DNA of 64,000 bases from Octopus vulgaris (taxonomy: Eukaryota): contig OX597837.1 of assembly GCA_951406725.2 (NCBI GenBank), positions 14,632,001 to 14,696,000 of the forward strand. Reading direction: 5' to 3'. The notes beneath the pieces were generated by a model, which was given only the letters and a program-made list of their open reading frames with translations, was not told where the DNA came from and searched no databases. This document shows, piece after piece, positions 1 through 13,479 of the stretch (within the stretch, counting starts at the first letter, position 1; the number at the start of each line of letters is the position of its first letter). Made by a program: the position numbers and the translations under genes.

Positions 1-214
1 GGAAAGGCGTATGCTCCTTCGCTCCTCAGTGCATCGGCCACGTCGCCTCCTTGTCTTATGAAACGTAATGTATGCTTAGGGTTGATTTATATTTTGAGTT
101 CTGTTTTCTCCCCTTTATGAAACCAAATTTATATACAAATACACACATATATATATATGGTTATATATGTATAAATATAAATCCGTATAATTGTGTATGT
201 ATATATATATACAG

Positions 215-422
<208 letters not shown>

Positions 423-454
423 CAATATTTTGAAAAATATATATATATATTTTT

Positions 455-659
455 CAAAATGTGACCTCGTGTGTACCGTTGCCGATTTTTTTCCTCTGTG
501 TTCCCTTCTCTGGATCTTTCCTTCTGCAATGTTTCCGACGAAGAGCTCCGCTCGAAACGTTAAACCCTCCTTCTTTCCTTCTTTCCTGAGCGTCCAATAA
601 TACTATATTTGTTCCACGTCCTCGCGTTGTTGTGTTTTTTTGTGCTTTCTTGTTTGGAT

Positions 660-665
<6 letters not shown>
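455..665 (+). mobile_element. Short Penelope-type repeat with a hammerhead-like fold (531-565)
   Basis: GTTT-CCGACGA-A-GAGC TCC GCTC-GAA ACGT-T-AAAC: stem I, core, stem II and palindromic stem III. Flanked by (TA)n on both sides. Confidence 0.6.
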
Positions 666-748
<83 letters not shown>

Positions 749-792
749 GTAAATATATATATACATATATATATATGTAAATATATATATAC

Positions 793-847
<55 letters not shown>

Positions 848-850
848 TAT

Positions 851-897
<47 letters not shown>

Positions 898-1251
898 ATG
901 CATTTATATATGCACATAACATACAGGCATACATACATACTAAGATGCCCAGCAATATGCAACTCTGATTTTATAAACACACTTTAAGTACAATGTAGTG
1001 TTTTTCCTTTATTCAAGATGGCGTTAAAGAGGCCACCAAGTAGAGATGAAGTCAGAAGCGTAATGCAGGAAGGAGTCGTAAAAGCATTACCGTTGGACGA
1101 CATACTGTTCGACAAAAGTTACTCAGTTAACTTATCTACGTATAAATACATATTCATAGATTGATAAACAAACAGATAGACAGATAGATAGACAGACATA
1201 TATATATATGCGTATAGATAGATAGGTAGATAGACAGAGAGAGAGAGAGAA

Positions 1252-1296
<45 letters not shown>

Positions 1297-1299
1297 TAT

Positions 1300-1376
<77 letters not shown>

Positions 1377-1504
1377 CCTTGACGAGGTCATCTTCAACTT
1401 TCATTTTGGCGCCGATAATTAAAATTGCAGTAAAATACAGAGATTGATCTCTTTCTTTCTCTCTGTCTCTCTCTCTGTCTCTCTCTCTCAGACTCTCAGT
1501 CTCT

Positions 1505-1570
<66 letters not shown>
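664..1570. repeat. Microsatellite-rich block: (TA)n, (GATA/GACA)n, (CT)n
   Basis: Directly visible simple repeats separated by short unique stretches. Confidence 0.95.
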
Positions 1571-2015
1571 CACAACGAGAAACTCACAGACCCGCAGCCA
1601 CCAGACTTGATCATTAGTACCTGACACAAACTAGTACTTTTTACAGTATATCATTAAGAAACTTGTATCCTTTATACTAATATTCAGGCATCAGTATTTC
1701 ATTTAATTATTGAAGTAAACTCAATATTTGTTTAACTTGACCAAAGTGAACATCCTTGATTCGGAAAAAAAACAGTAATCCAGAAAGTTTGGAACCAAAG
1801 GATTCGGAAAACCAATGGTGTACCTCTACAAGAATACAAACAAGTTCGTTCGCAATATTGCAGTGGGAAATCATTTCTAGAATTGACTTGCTTCTTGCAA
1901 AATATTACATGAACGCCATTAGGGATAATTAAACAACAAACTTCATTAATCTTCTCAAATATATGATATGACATTTTGTGTAACTTCAATCTTTAGTTAT
2001 TTCGAAAACATATTA

Positions 2016-2252
2016 ACCTATTTCTTTACTACCCACAAGGGGCTAAACACAGAGGAGACAAACAAGGACAGACAAATGGATTAAGTCGATTATATCGACC
2101 CCAGTGCGTAACTGCTACTTATTTAATCGACCCCGAAAGAATGAAAGACAAAGACGACCTCGGCGGAATTTGAACTCAGAACGTAGCGGCAGGCGAAATA
2201 CAGCAAAGCAATTCGCCCGGCGTGCTAATGATTCTGCCAGCTCGCCACCTTA
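2016..2252 (-). mobile_element. tRNA-derived SINE family A, full length
   Basis: Head GGCGAGCTGGCAGAATC, B-box GAGTTCAAATTCC, body resembling GCCTTTCATCCTTTCGGGGTCGAT...AGTACCAG. More than 10 related copies in the window. Confidence 0.9.
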
Positions 2253-2368
2253 TTCAGGCAACTAACCGCCAACTCGTAAACATTGCTGGCCTAGTGCACA
2301 AATTTGAAACCTTTCTTATTACTGCTATTATCTCAATACAATTTTTGTGATATTATTATCCGATTTGT

Positions 2369-2598
2369 AAGGGCGGCAAAGATGGCAGAGTTGTTTGCAC
2401 GCCGGACAAAATGTTTAGCGACATTTCGTCCGTCTTTACGTTAGGAGTTCAAATTCCGCCAAGGTTGATTTTTACCTTTCATCCTTTAAGGGGCAAATAA
2501 AATTAGTAGCAGTCGAGTATTGGGGTCGATGTAATCGACTTTACACCTCCCCAGAAATTGCTGGCCCTATGCCAAAATTTGAAATCGATATTATTATT
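2369..2598 (+). mobile_element. SINE family A
   Basis: Same head, B-box and body; tail GCCAAAATTTGAAA followed by (ATT)n. Confidence 0.85.
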
Positions 2599-3037
2599 AG
2601 GTCTGTGAGGTTGACCCAGATGGTAACACGCTGAGTAGTAATTAATTTTGTTGATTAATGACCAGGTTCAAATCCTAGCCAGTCAGCTTTGGTGTTGTAT
2701 TTTATTCCACCATCGACCTGCAGGAAATGTTCACCGTATTCACTTCAATAGATTACAGCCGCTCCAATACATCACCTGTGTACGTAGGTGGGCAGGTACA
2801 AATTATATCATGCACTAGAAATTTATACAGAGCCAAGTGGTCACCAACTGACCAGGATTCATCGAAATCCAAGTAACTAAGTAAGCAGAGACCATAGCAA
2901 CCGGACTTTTCGGTTAGTATTAGTATAAAGGACTAATAAAGAATTGTTTACGTTGAAAACCTGGGCAGTTAATTTCTTGACAAAACAAAATGATAAAAGA
3001 ATCAAATCGGGCAGGATTAGAGAATATATATTTACCG

Positions 3038-3093
<56 letters not shown>

Positions 3094-3221
3094 TATTATT
3101 ATTATTATCAACAAGAACCAACGAGGAATACTCAGCCGGGCAAGATTAAAACACTGAAGAGGTTATATGGTTAGCTATTATTATTAACAGGAACGGACGG
3201 GAGAAGGTCTACATCGTTAAA

Positions 3222-3405
3222 CGACGTGCTAGAAATAGCAACGAAATTTCCTTTAATTACAATCTACCGCCTAAAAGAAAGGACATATAGGAAAATGTCA
3301 TCAAGTGTACACAACAATGCCTGAAAATAAAGCGTGATGATCACGGATGGAAAGCCTTTAATCGTAGAAAGTGGTTGAAACGTAACCTGAGATTAAACAA
3401 TAACA
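3222..3405 (+). mobile_element. Interspersed repeat family D (CTAGAAATAGCAGCCAAA...GATGGTCACGG...CTAAACAACAAC), degenerate
   Basis: Shares its motifs with copies near 5630-5865, 27900-28125, 31405-31662, 37790-37960 (+) and 23255-23480, 32555-32725 (-). Confidence 0.65.
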
Positions 3406-3953
3406 GATTGTAGTAAATGGTTGAGTAAAATGATATTTGTAAATGATTATTTAGTGAATGAAATTGATAAATACCTTATCTGGCGTTGGTGAGGAAGATG
3501 TGGTGGCAGTGATGCTCCTCCCAAAAGGGACGTCACCAGGGAATTGCATTTACGTATGTTTAAAGAACGAAATAAAACGAGAGAGTAAAATGGCTTCCGT
3601 CATCTCATCTGGGAATAAACACAACAACAACAACAACAATAATGATGTTGTTCTTAAAATAAAACTGATCAGGTTTAATTTTAGATTGATACTAAAAATA
3701 GTTGTCTAATCAACATGATTGCATTTCTTGAGGTTCACGTATCGAAGAGAGTTTTAAATTTTTCGATAAACACATTGTGACGTCGTTGCTCTCCTGACGT
3801 AATTACTATAGACAGACGGAAAGCAAAACAAAACACAAAACGGCCAGAGACAAAAGCATATGGAATAAATATGAATAAATTAACGGCATAATTTAAATTG
3901 ACGTTTGCTGACATAACTAGGTTATGTTTTGCTGTTGTTGTTGGTTTTATTGT

Positions 3954-4000
<47 letters not shown>

Positions 4001-4548
4001 TTCTAATGTTGTTCATGGCCATAAGGTTATAAAAATGGGCACAGACAGAAAATACACAGTAAGAAGAAATACGTGCAAGTCGTTCATGTCTCCTGGCCGT
4101 CGCCATTCGTCCGACACAAACTTCTTCTGATGGGGAATCTTACTTTACACATCGAACGTCGCTGCTTCAATTTGAAACCGGTTTGTTGATAACTTCTACT
4201 CATACATTTGTCGTTAATGTAAACCTTCTGCCATCTGCAACTCCCGAATCCTTTGCCGTCTCTTTGATTTCTTTTGACATTATTTATTCCACCTTTTACT
4301 GTCATCGTATCTAACTCGTTCGTATTGTAAGCATATTGTTATAATATATATAATATATATAACGTATATTACCATGTATATAATATGTAATACAAAAGTT
4401 ATCTTCATTGTAATAATTAATATCATATCGACCGTCTTTCTGTTATTACGTTTATCTCCACAAAGTTGTATCCATCTCCACAAAGTTGTATCCATGCATA
4501 ATCCACAAAGCTCTTTGGTCATTAACGAACACTACTTTTGTTAATATA

Positions 4549-4552
<4 letters not shown>

Positions 4553-4584
<32 letters not shown>

Positions 4585-4726
4585 AATTGCAGAGTGGAAG
4601 GTGTTTATAAGCCATTTAAAAACACACAAAAACCGTTAGATTCACTTCAACATTTAAATATATTTAATTTGCCAAAATATTTTCGTCGCTTTGAAACCGC
4701 AACCGGTTCACTAACAAAATTCCGTG
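4553..4726 (-). mobile_element. Short Penelope-type insertion with (TA)n tail, hammerhead-like fold and 21-bp flanking direct repeat
   Basis: CTACTTTTGTTAATATAGTGT is repeated at 4532-4552 and 4727-4747; fold on the minus strand at 4666-4721. Confidence 0.65.
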
Positions 4727-5340
4727 CTACTTTTGTTAATATAGTGTGTGTGTGCGCACATATATATATACATACATACACATGTGTGTGTGTATATATA
4801 CAGATGTGTGTGTATATATATGTATATACACACACACATACACATAAAATAAGACGGGATGGCGGTGTTTATCGGCGTTCAAGTTAGAGCTATTAGCAGA
4901 TTTAAGCCCAACATTACAAGATAAGGGCAATTCCTGTTGTCAGCACCAGGGAACAAATGCTTTTCTTGCGATTCTTATTACAGCGAGAGATGCCGGGTTA
5001 TCCACAGTTGCATCCTCTTGCTGGAGATGCAGTGCCGGACTGCTGACTCCGTGATCCATCACTTAATATTCTGTGGTGTTGTATTCGTTCTACTAAATAG
5101 GGGTTATGTCGAAGAATAAAAGCTACTTCGGAAGCCGTGGGGGAGAGGGCAAGTTTCAAAACATTGCGAAGGGAGTAACTTCCAATGAATTCTTCAAGAA
5201 GTTGTAAGATTGTATTGCATGTTTACATTCAAAGATATACGTGTGTGTGTGTGTGTGTGTGTGTCATTGGCAGTCAGTAACTCATCAAAAATGCTGGAAA
5301 TGACCTTACAGAGATAGCTTGATAGATAGATAGATAAATA

Positions 5341-5381
<41 letters not shown>

Positions 5382-5536
5382 GTTGATTGATTGATTGATT
5401 GATAAGAGAGAGAGAGAGAGAGAGGCGGGGGAGACAGCCAGGCAGGTAGACAGACAGACAGACAAACAGACAGACGATGTAATGATTTTAGGGAGATTTG
5501 ACTCGAATTCCTAACATGCATATATGTAAATGTGTG

Positions 5537-5612
<76 letters not shown>

Positions 5613-6333
5613 TGTGTGTGTACGCATGCGCTAGGAATACCATCCAAATCTCTGTCGAAATTTCACCATTATACTGACTTTAAGGAAAATGGTGTCGAGT
5701 GGGGACCTGAGTTAACGGAAGCCAAAGACCCTTAGTTGCAGAAAGAAAAAAAACCTATCCGTGCAAAGATGGTCAGTGCTGCAACTCCTTTAACATAAAT
5801 CGTTTCGATCAGTTCTGCCTAGGGCTAAAAACACCAACACCAACACCACCACCAACAAGAATAACAGAAACGGTGAAGGTCAAATATATGTCCTCCGCGA
5901 ATGTTTGTCTCTTTGACTCTTGCAATAAAATTTGGCCACGGTTTCTACGTTTCGGACGATTTCAAGAATATTCTTGCTCAAATCGTCAACATCATCTTCC
6001 CCGTCATCATTGTAAACCCTCAAAAACTGTCCCCTTAAGCAGGTCTAACCTTCAGCTAAGACCATTTTCGCTCAGATCTGTTTATGTATATTAGAACGTG
6101 TGATTGCTTCTAAAGTTAGAGACATAATTTTCTCTGCGATCAAGAAATGAAAACACAGTGATTATCTATAGTTATCTCCCTTGCACCCTGAGTGTGATTG
6201 CATTATTCCGTGAAATATTCAACCGCTCAAAATAGAGCCGCATTTATCGATAGATGTAACTACGGATAAGCGAACACGCATACACGCAAGCATATACACA
6301 CGTACACACACACACACACACACATATATATAC

Positions 6334-6600
6334 ACACGTACACAAGTACTCAGCCATACACAACACACATACACACACACATATATATATACACGTACAC
6401 AAGTACTCAGCCATACACAACACACACACACACACACATATATATATACACGTACACAAGTACTCACCCATACACAATACACATACACTCACACACATAC
6501 ATACATATATATACACGTACACAGGTACTCACACATACGCACATATACACACATACACACACACATATATACACGTACACAAGTACTCACACATACGCTC
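6334..6600. repeat. Microsatellite-derived minisatellite, five units of about 57-65 bp
   Basis: ACACGTACACA(A/G)GTACTCA recurs at about 6334, 6391, 6448, 6513 and 6571, separated by CA/TA tracts. Confidence 0.85.
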
Positions 6601-6701
6601 ATATACACACAGGTGCGCGCGTTTGTGCAAAATATTTTTACTTCTACACAAAAATTGCTTGTACGTATATAACATATATAACATATATGCACAAACACAC
6701 A

Positions 6702-6840
<139 letters not shown>

Positions 6841-6857
6841 ATATATATATATATATT

Positions 6858-7007
6858 CTAGCAAAAACTATCCGCCGAACGGCAACGTGAAACTCAGAGT
6901 AACAGGTTTTGTTGAATTTTCTGCTGCTTTAAATAAAGCATATTACTCTACCACTGGTATTTGAGTACTCTTTTTTCCACCTTATTTCACATTTATGTGT
7001 TTACTCC

Positions 7008-7010
<3 letters not shown>
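6858..7010 (+). mobile_element. Short Penelope-type repeat with a degenerate hammerhead-like fold (6862-6911)
   Basis: CAAAAACTAT-CCGCCGA-ACG GCAA CGT-GAAA-CTC A GAG-TA-ACAGGTTTTG, followed by AATAAA; lies between (TA)n tracts. Confidence 0.5.
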
Positions 7011-7072
<62 letters not shown>

Positions 7073-7338
7073 CTATAAATATATATATATATACACACAC
7101 ATACATATATACATAAACACAGATATTTATATATACACACACATATACGTACGTACAGACATATATGCATACTTATATACATACATATATAAACATTTAT
7201 GTATGCGTGTATTGTTATATACACGTTTAGATAATATACGTTATTATATATACAAAGGCGGCAAGGTGTCAGAATCGTTACTGCACCTGTTGGTTCTTAT
7301 CACTGAAACAATAATACAACTGGAATAGCAACAACTAC

Positions 7339-7531
<193 letters not shown>

Positions 7532-7660
7532 GTTTCAAATTTAGGCAAAGGGGCCAGAATGGCCATAAGAGTCGGCCACGTAAAAGAAAGGACGATAGAA
7601 TATAAAGGACATCAGTGGTTTTTATTTACCACGTGTAAGCAGTAGATCAATAATAATTAA

Positions 7661-7940
7661 TATCCTGTGCACCCCGATTGGATCTTGTACGCCCCGATCG
7701 CATCCTGTACACCCCGATCACATCCCGTACACCCCGATCGCATCCTCTACACTCCGATCGCATCCTGTACACCCCGATCGCATCCTGTACGCCCCGATCG
7801 CATCCTCTACACCTTAATCGCATCCTGTACACTCCGATCGCATCCCGTGCACTCCGATCGCATCCCGTACACCCCGATCGCATCCTATACATCCCGATCG
7901 CATCCTCTACACCCTAATCGCATCCTGTACGCCCCGATCG
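7661..7940. repeat. 20-bp minisatellite, 14 copies (consensus CATCCTGTACACCCCGATCG)
   Basis: Exact 20-bp periodicity with point variants and no spacers. Confidence 0.97.
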
Positions 7941-7983
7941 TCAATGACATTTCAGGCTAGCAGCCCTCTTCTTTTCGTTCTCT

Positions 7984-8450
7984 TCAGCTCATGCTCAGAG
8001 TAGGTCCATTGACACGGGCCATTCTCGCCGCATTTACTCCCTTTCAATAAATATATGGAGATGAGGGGGCAACACTTCCTTCTCCACTTTCACTTTCCAA
8101 GTGGAACTTGAAAAAGTCGACAGGTATTTACCGAAGAGAAAAGTGTCTGTCTTCAATCCTGTCTACCTTTTCCGCCACGCTACCTTTTCTGCCATAGTCA
8201 CTGGACAGGAAAATTGTTTGCTCTATCCGAACAAAGAATGAGTCGGAACGCCCCTCACGATGGACTCAACCGTCGGCCGGTTCCACCCAACGCGAAACAA
8301 CAGCTGCTCAACAAAGCTTCCCCAATTAAGCAATGACCAGATACCGAACGAGTGCATACAGAACGGTTTCATCGCTCTGCTCGCATCTCCAGTGGGACCG
8401 TTTGCCCATTCTTCCGTCAGTTGCGGCAAATATCTGCCAAGAGATTCTGG
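7984..8450 (-). mobile_element. Decayed 3' end of a Tx1/L1-clade LINE ORF2 (C-terminal zinc-knuckle region)
   Basis: Frame-hopping translation gives RCEQSDETVLYALVRY..SFVEQLLFRVG..VESIV..MAEKVAWRKR*TGLKTDTFLFG..FFKFHL..VNAARMARVNGPTLSMS*, resembling the decayed CCHC tail of L1/Tx1 ORF2. Contains stops and frameshifts. Confidence 0.7.
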
Positions 8451-9004
8451 CATATGAAAATAAAGCTCAAAGTATAGATCATCCATCGCTGGAGACCTCT
8501 CCCTCATGCAGTTAGTCCTCGTGTCACGTACGACCTCAGCTTTTATCGGCGTTTCGCATCTCTGGCCGAAAACCACGTCAGGCCATCGCAGTAGAAGGCA
8601 AAACCCATCCCCGTCTCCTAAACACACAGAAGGTTGCATCCTTCGTTGAAGTGTTGCAACATAGTCACCCACAGTCCTCATTGACCACTGGTTGTTGAAA
8701 CTGCTTGGCGGAATCAATTGTAATTCTTTGATTCCCCTCCATGGATTCATCACCTGTCAAGATCTCTATGGTCTCCATTGATCACTAATGGACAAACATG
8801 ACTTCAGCCATTTTCTTTTTTATTTCTTTCTAATTTTTTTATATTCCATATTTATATATTTATCTGATAAATCAATTCGATTTTCCCATTTATTTTAAGC
8901 CTTTTCTTTCATCAAGAATTTTAACAAATCAGTCAGAAATAAACATTCTTTCATTTCCTTCATAATTCAAGGCTACTTGTTCGTGATAAGATAAAAACTG
9001 AAAG

Positions 9005-9887
<883 letters not shown>

Positions 9888-10018
9888 AAAGATTTTCAAA
9901 AGATACTTGATACAGTCAATATTTGAGATTTTCTTAAAAATCATAAGAAGTTTTAAAAATTTGATAAAAACTGAATGACATGAACGAACCTACACTCACA
10001 CACACTCATACATACATT

Positions 10019-10107
<89 letters not shown>

Positions 10108-10108
<1 letters not shown>

Positions 10109-10620
10109 GGGAGAATTCACAAAAAAAAACAAAAGACGAAGACAGGTGGTGTAGACAACAAACAGATGTATTAGTATAACGCTCGGGAAGTGAAAAAGTC
10201 TACGCTCTTCTACAGAAAGGGATACAGAAAGAAACAAGGAGAGAAAATAAAGAATGTGTAGTGTCTAGCGATCTATCAGGGCGAATGCCGGACAGAGGGG
10301 TCACACAGGAGAGCTAGGGAGAAGAGGAGATAATAAAGTAGTGGTGGTGTATGGTGTAGTGGTGTGTGGTGTGTGGTGTTGGGAGGTGGGAGAGGCGAAA
10401 GTGAGGAAAGCAAGGGTGGGGTGTGGGTCAGGCTGAGGGTTGGGTTAGAGGTGGAGTATGTGGGAGTGGGCGTAAGCGATGGGGTGAGGTTAGAGTGATA
10501 GGGAAGGTGGGGTTTGATTGTGTAGGGGTGTGTGTGGTTACGAGGGAGGGGTGACGATGAAGGGGGAAGGGAGAAGGTTGGTAGGAGTGAAGAGAAAAGA
10601 GGAGGGTTGGAGTGAAGGGA
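10108..10620 (-). mobile_element. Penelope-type terminal repeat plus adjacent CA/CT-rich segment
   Basis: 10108-10290 matches the 42090-42290 family (core CTGTAGA-A-GAGCGTAG, then a deletion). 10290-10620 resembles 16600-17090 in composition. Confidence 0.55.
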
Positions 10621-11204
10621 ACCTTTTTAAGGTTGCAAATAATGTCGTTACCGTTCTCCTGTAGTCTTGCCTTTATTCTGTCGTAGATTGCCTTTTGTTT
10701 ATCTGTCATGTCGCCATTAGTTTTATTGTCTTCTTTTAGATCATCTATATGTTTCTCATCAAGTAAGCTATCACTGCTCCTTTCCCATGTTATGGGATTA
10801 CTCTTATTAGTAAGAACTGTATTTTCATCGTTATATCTGCTGTTATTTTCCAAGACCAGTCTTTTGATAGCTTTGAGCTCTACTTCTGTGAACCAACGAT
10901 TTTTTATTATTGCTCTAGCTTGATCACATAGTCTCTGTTCCGTGATTTGAAACAATCCCTTTTCTCTCCCAGGATCATACATACGTTGTCGGTAACCCCT
11001 AATATGAGCACCATTTTCATCTACCGGGTTGCTCAAGCAGTAACACTCCATGACCACAGCATTAATTTGCTTGCTCCATCTACGCGGTGTGTGGTGGTCC
11101 CTTTCTGGATATCGACAGGCTGGAGCCGGACCAGAATCTCTGAGCCTGCCGGGTGCAACACTGTCACCATCAATGGCTTCAGTTTCATTACCACTGTTAT
11201 TCAC
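10621..11204 (-). mobile_element. N-terminal ORF fragment of an R4/Dong-clade non-LTR retrotransposon
   Basis: RRWSKQINAVVMECYCLSNP..RGYRQRMY..EKGLFQITEQRLCDQARAIIKNRWFTEVELKAIKR matches the typical R4/Dong N-terminal motif; truncated before the RT domain. Confidence 0.75.
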
Positions 11205-11845
11205 AATATTTTGTTTTTTTCATTGTACTCGTATGAGGTAGCGATTATCAGGTTGCGCAATTACCAGTGTTTTTATTGTGACACCATCACTAGATGTATA
11301 TCATTAATCAGGACATGGAAAGGCTCCACCAGCTTCCTTTCATTACTTTTATTATTATCATCACTGGTATCACTGATATTATTGTTATTATTTTTTTTTA
11401 CTATTTGTCATTGTTATATTAACAGACTCAGAGGTTATGCAGGGCAGGGGTGGCACCAATTTCCAGCGCTGTTCACATGGACAGCCGCATAGAAAATTAC
11501 ACTATTTGATCTGGCCTTCCTCAGCGATGTTCTGTCATGCTGAACGACTTTCCAGAGAGTCCATTGCTCACTTGTAATCTTCTTCGGTGAACAGACTCTT
11601 CTTCAGTCTTCTATCGCCATTGTCAATGACTGCCTTTATTGTTGTTGTAATTGTTGTATCTACGTGTTGTAGCAGCAGTGGTGGCAGCAGCAGCAACAGT
11701 AGTAGGGGTGGGGTAGTGTTAGTAGTGGTAGTTGGGCCTCAGATTCCTGTGCTATCAGAATAGTACTAGTTGTAGTATTAGCAGCTGTAGCATATCATCA
11801 TCATCATCATTATTATTATTATTATCATCATCATCATCATCATCA

Positions 11846-11876
<31 letters not shown>

Positions 11877-11896
11877 CATCATCATCATCATCATCA

Positions 11897-11963
<67 letters not shown>

Positions 11964-11997
11964 CATCATCATTATTATTATTATTATTATTATTATT

Positions 11998-12440
11998 GAG
12001 TGAGAGAGCAGTGCATGCCATAAAAGTGACACTGGGGTAAAATATACGAAGCCCACTACACCCATCATGACTACCCGTCTGATAAGGGTACACCAGGCAC
12101 ATGCATCACAACCATATGTGCTCAACATGGTGATCTCATATCAAGATAAACAGCACATGACCTTGCAGGTGGGGCCCAATTAGAATTTTCTTCTGGTCGA
12201 GTAACCCATCCCGCTCAAAAGGTCCTTGAATAAGAGTTGTTTAAGGATGTTGAACGAAACACCCATGTTTTCAAAGGTGGATTATTCAAACCCCAAACAA
12301 TCCCTCTCAACACACGGCTATGATGCTCTCCCACTACTTCTGCTCGTGATCAGAGATGCACATATCGTCAGCCACTAAGGGACATGCTCAACTGGTTAAG
12401 GTCAAACAACTGACAAGCAAATCTGTGGTATTGAGCAGAA
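11998..12440 (-). mobile_element. Probable 3' end/UTR of a (TAA)n-tailed LINE
   Basis: Complex sequence embedded in (ATT)n, ending on the minus strand in CTCTCTCACTC(AAT)n. Recognised as a recurrent octopus repeat from memory only. Confidence 0.45.
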
Positions 12441-12452
12441 TATTATTATTAT

Positions 12453-13003
12453 TCAGTAGTTTTATTTTTATAGCGTGCTTTCACTTCACTACCGAGCGCA
12501 GCTCTGTGTGCCTTGGGTATGTGCTGTGATTTGTTGTGATGCTCTGATGGTTATTGTATGGAAAGTGTTCTGCGTAGGATGTGTGCAGTGCCTAGTAGTG
12601 CAATTTTCTGAATGTTATATGTGTTTGTAAGTCCTGGTGTTTTTGTTATGTATTTGTCTGAATATTTTTTTATCATGCCTAATGCACCTACTATGATAGG
12701 AATTGTTTCTGTTTTCAGATTCCACATTCTAGTTACCTCTATTTCCAGGTCTTTGTATTTTGAGAGTTTCTCCATTTCTTTTAGAGACACGTTGTCATCT
12801 GCCGGTATTGATACATCAATTAGAAAGCATTTTTTTCTTCATGATCTCTGACAACTATATCTGGTCTGTTGGCCTTAATTTCTCTATCTGTGTGTATCGG
12901 CATATCCCAGAGTATGGTTGCTTTCTCGTTTTCTGTGACCTTTTCTGGTGTGTGCCTATACCATCTTTTTTCTGTTGTTATTCCATAATGTTGGCATAGC
13001 TTG
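12453..13003 (-). mobile_element. 5'-truncated R4/Dong-clade LINE: restriction-like endonuclease domain and 3' UTR
   Basis: WYRHTPEKVTENEKATILWDMPIHTDREIKANRPDIVV..(frameshift)..LIDVSIPADDNVSLKEMEKLSKYKDLEIE..IIVGALG..IQKIALLGTAHILRRTLSIQ* (stop at 12551). PD..D..K motif; (TAA)n on both flanks. Confidence 0.9.
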
Positions 13004-13006
13004 GCA

Positions 13007-13071
<65 letters not shown>

Positions 13072-13479
13072 CATCATTTTTATCATCATTTTCAAGTGTG
13101 TTATATTTCCTTTAGGTCATTTGTACATATACATACTTATTATAGGACTAAACATGAGTTTAATCATTTTAATTGGGCGCTCTGATAAAGCTCGACCCGC
13201 AAACATATCTTCCTTATATTTATCCCTATAATTAATAGACCAAATCCCTTTCTATTATTTTTAGTTTTTCAGTGTAGTGCACTTCCCCTGTAATTTCTTT
13301 TTTTACACGCGGGTATGTGTATATTTATGTCCGTATATGTATATGTGTGTGTATATATACCCTGTGTGGGCGCGCGCGTGTATGTCTATGTGTATCTGTT
13401 TGTGTATGATATTCGTGTATATAATATATATATATATATATATGTATGATATTCGTGTATATAAATATATCTATTTTTC

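Noticed and set aside
7661-7940. CRISPR-like array
   Set aside because: Contiguous 20-bp units with no unique spacers, no cas genes, eukaryotic context.
8223-8753. 176-aa ORF as a host gene
   Set aside because: The LINE-like motifs hop between frames; the ORF is a chance path through a decayed retroelement.
10428-11204. 258-aa ORF as an intact protein
   Set aside because: Chimeric: an R4/Dong N-terminus reads through a junction near 10620 into an unrelated low-complexity repeat.
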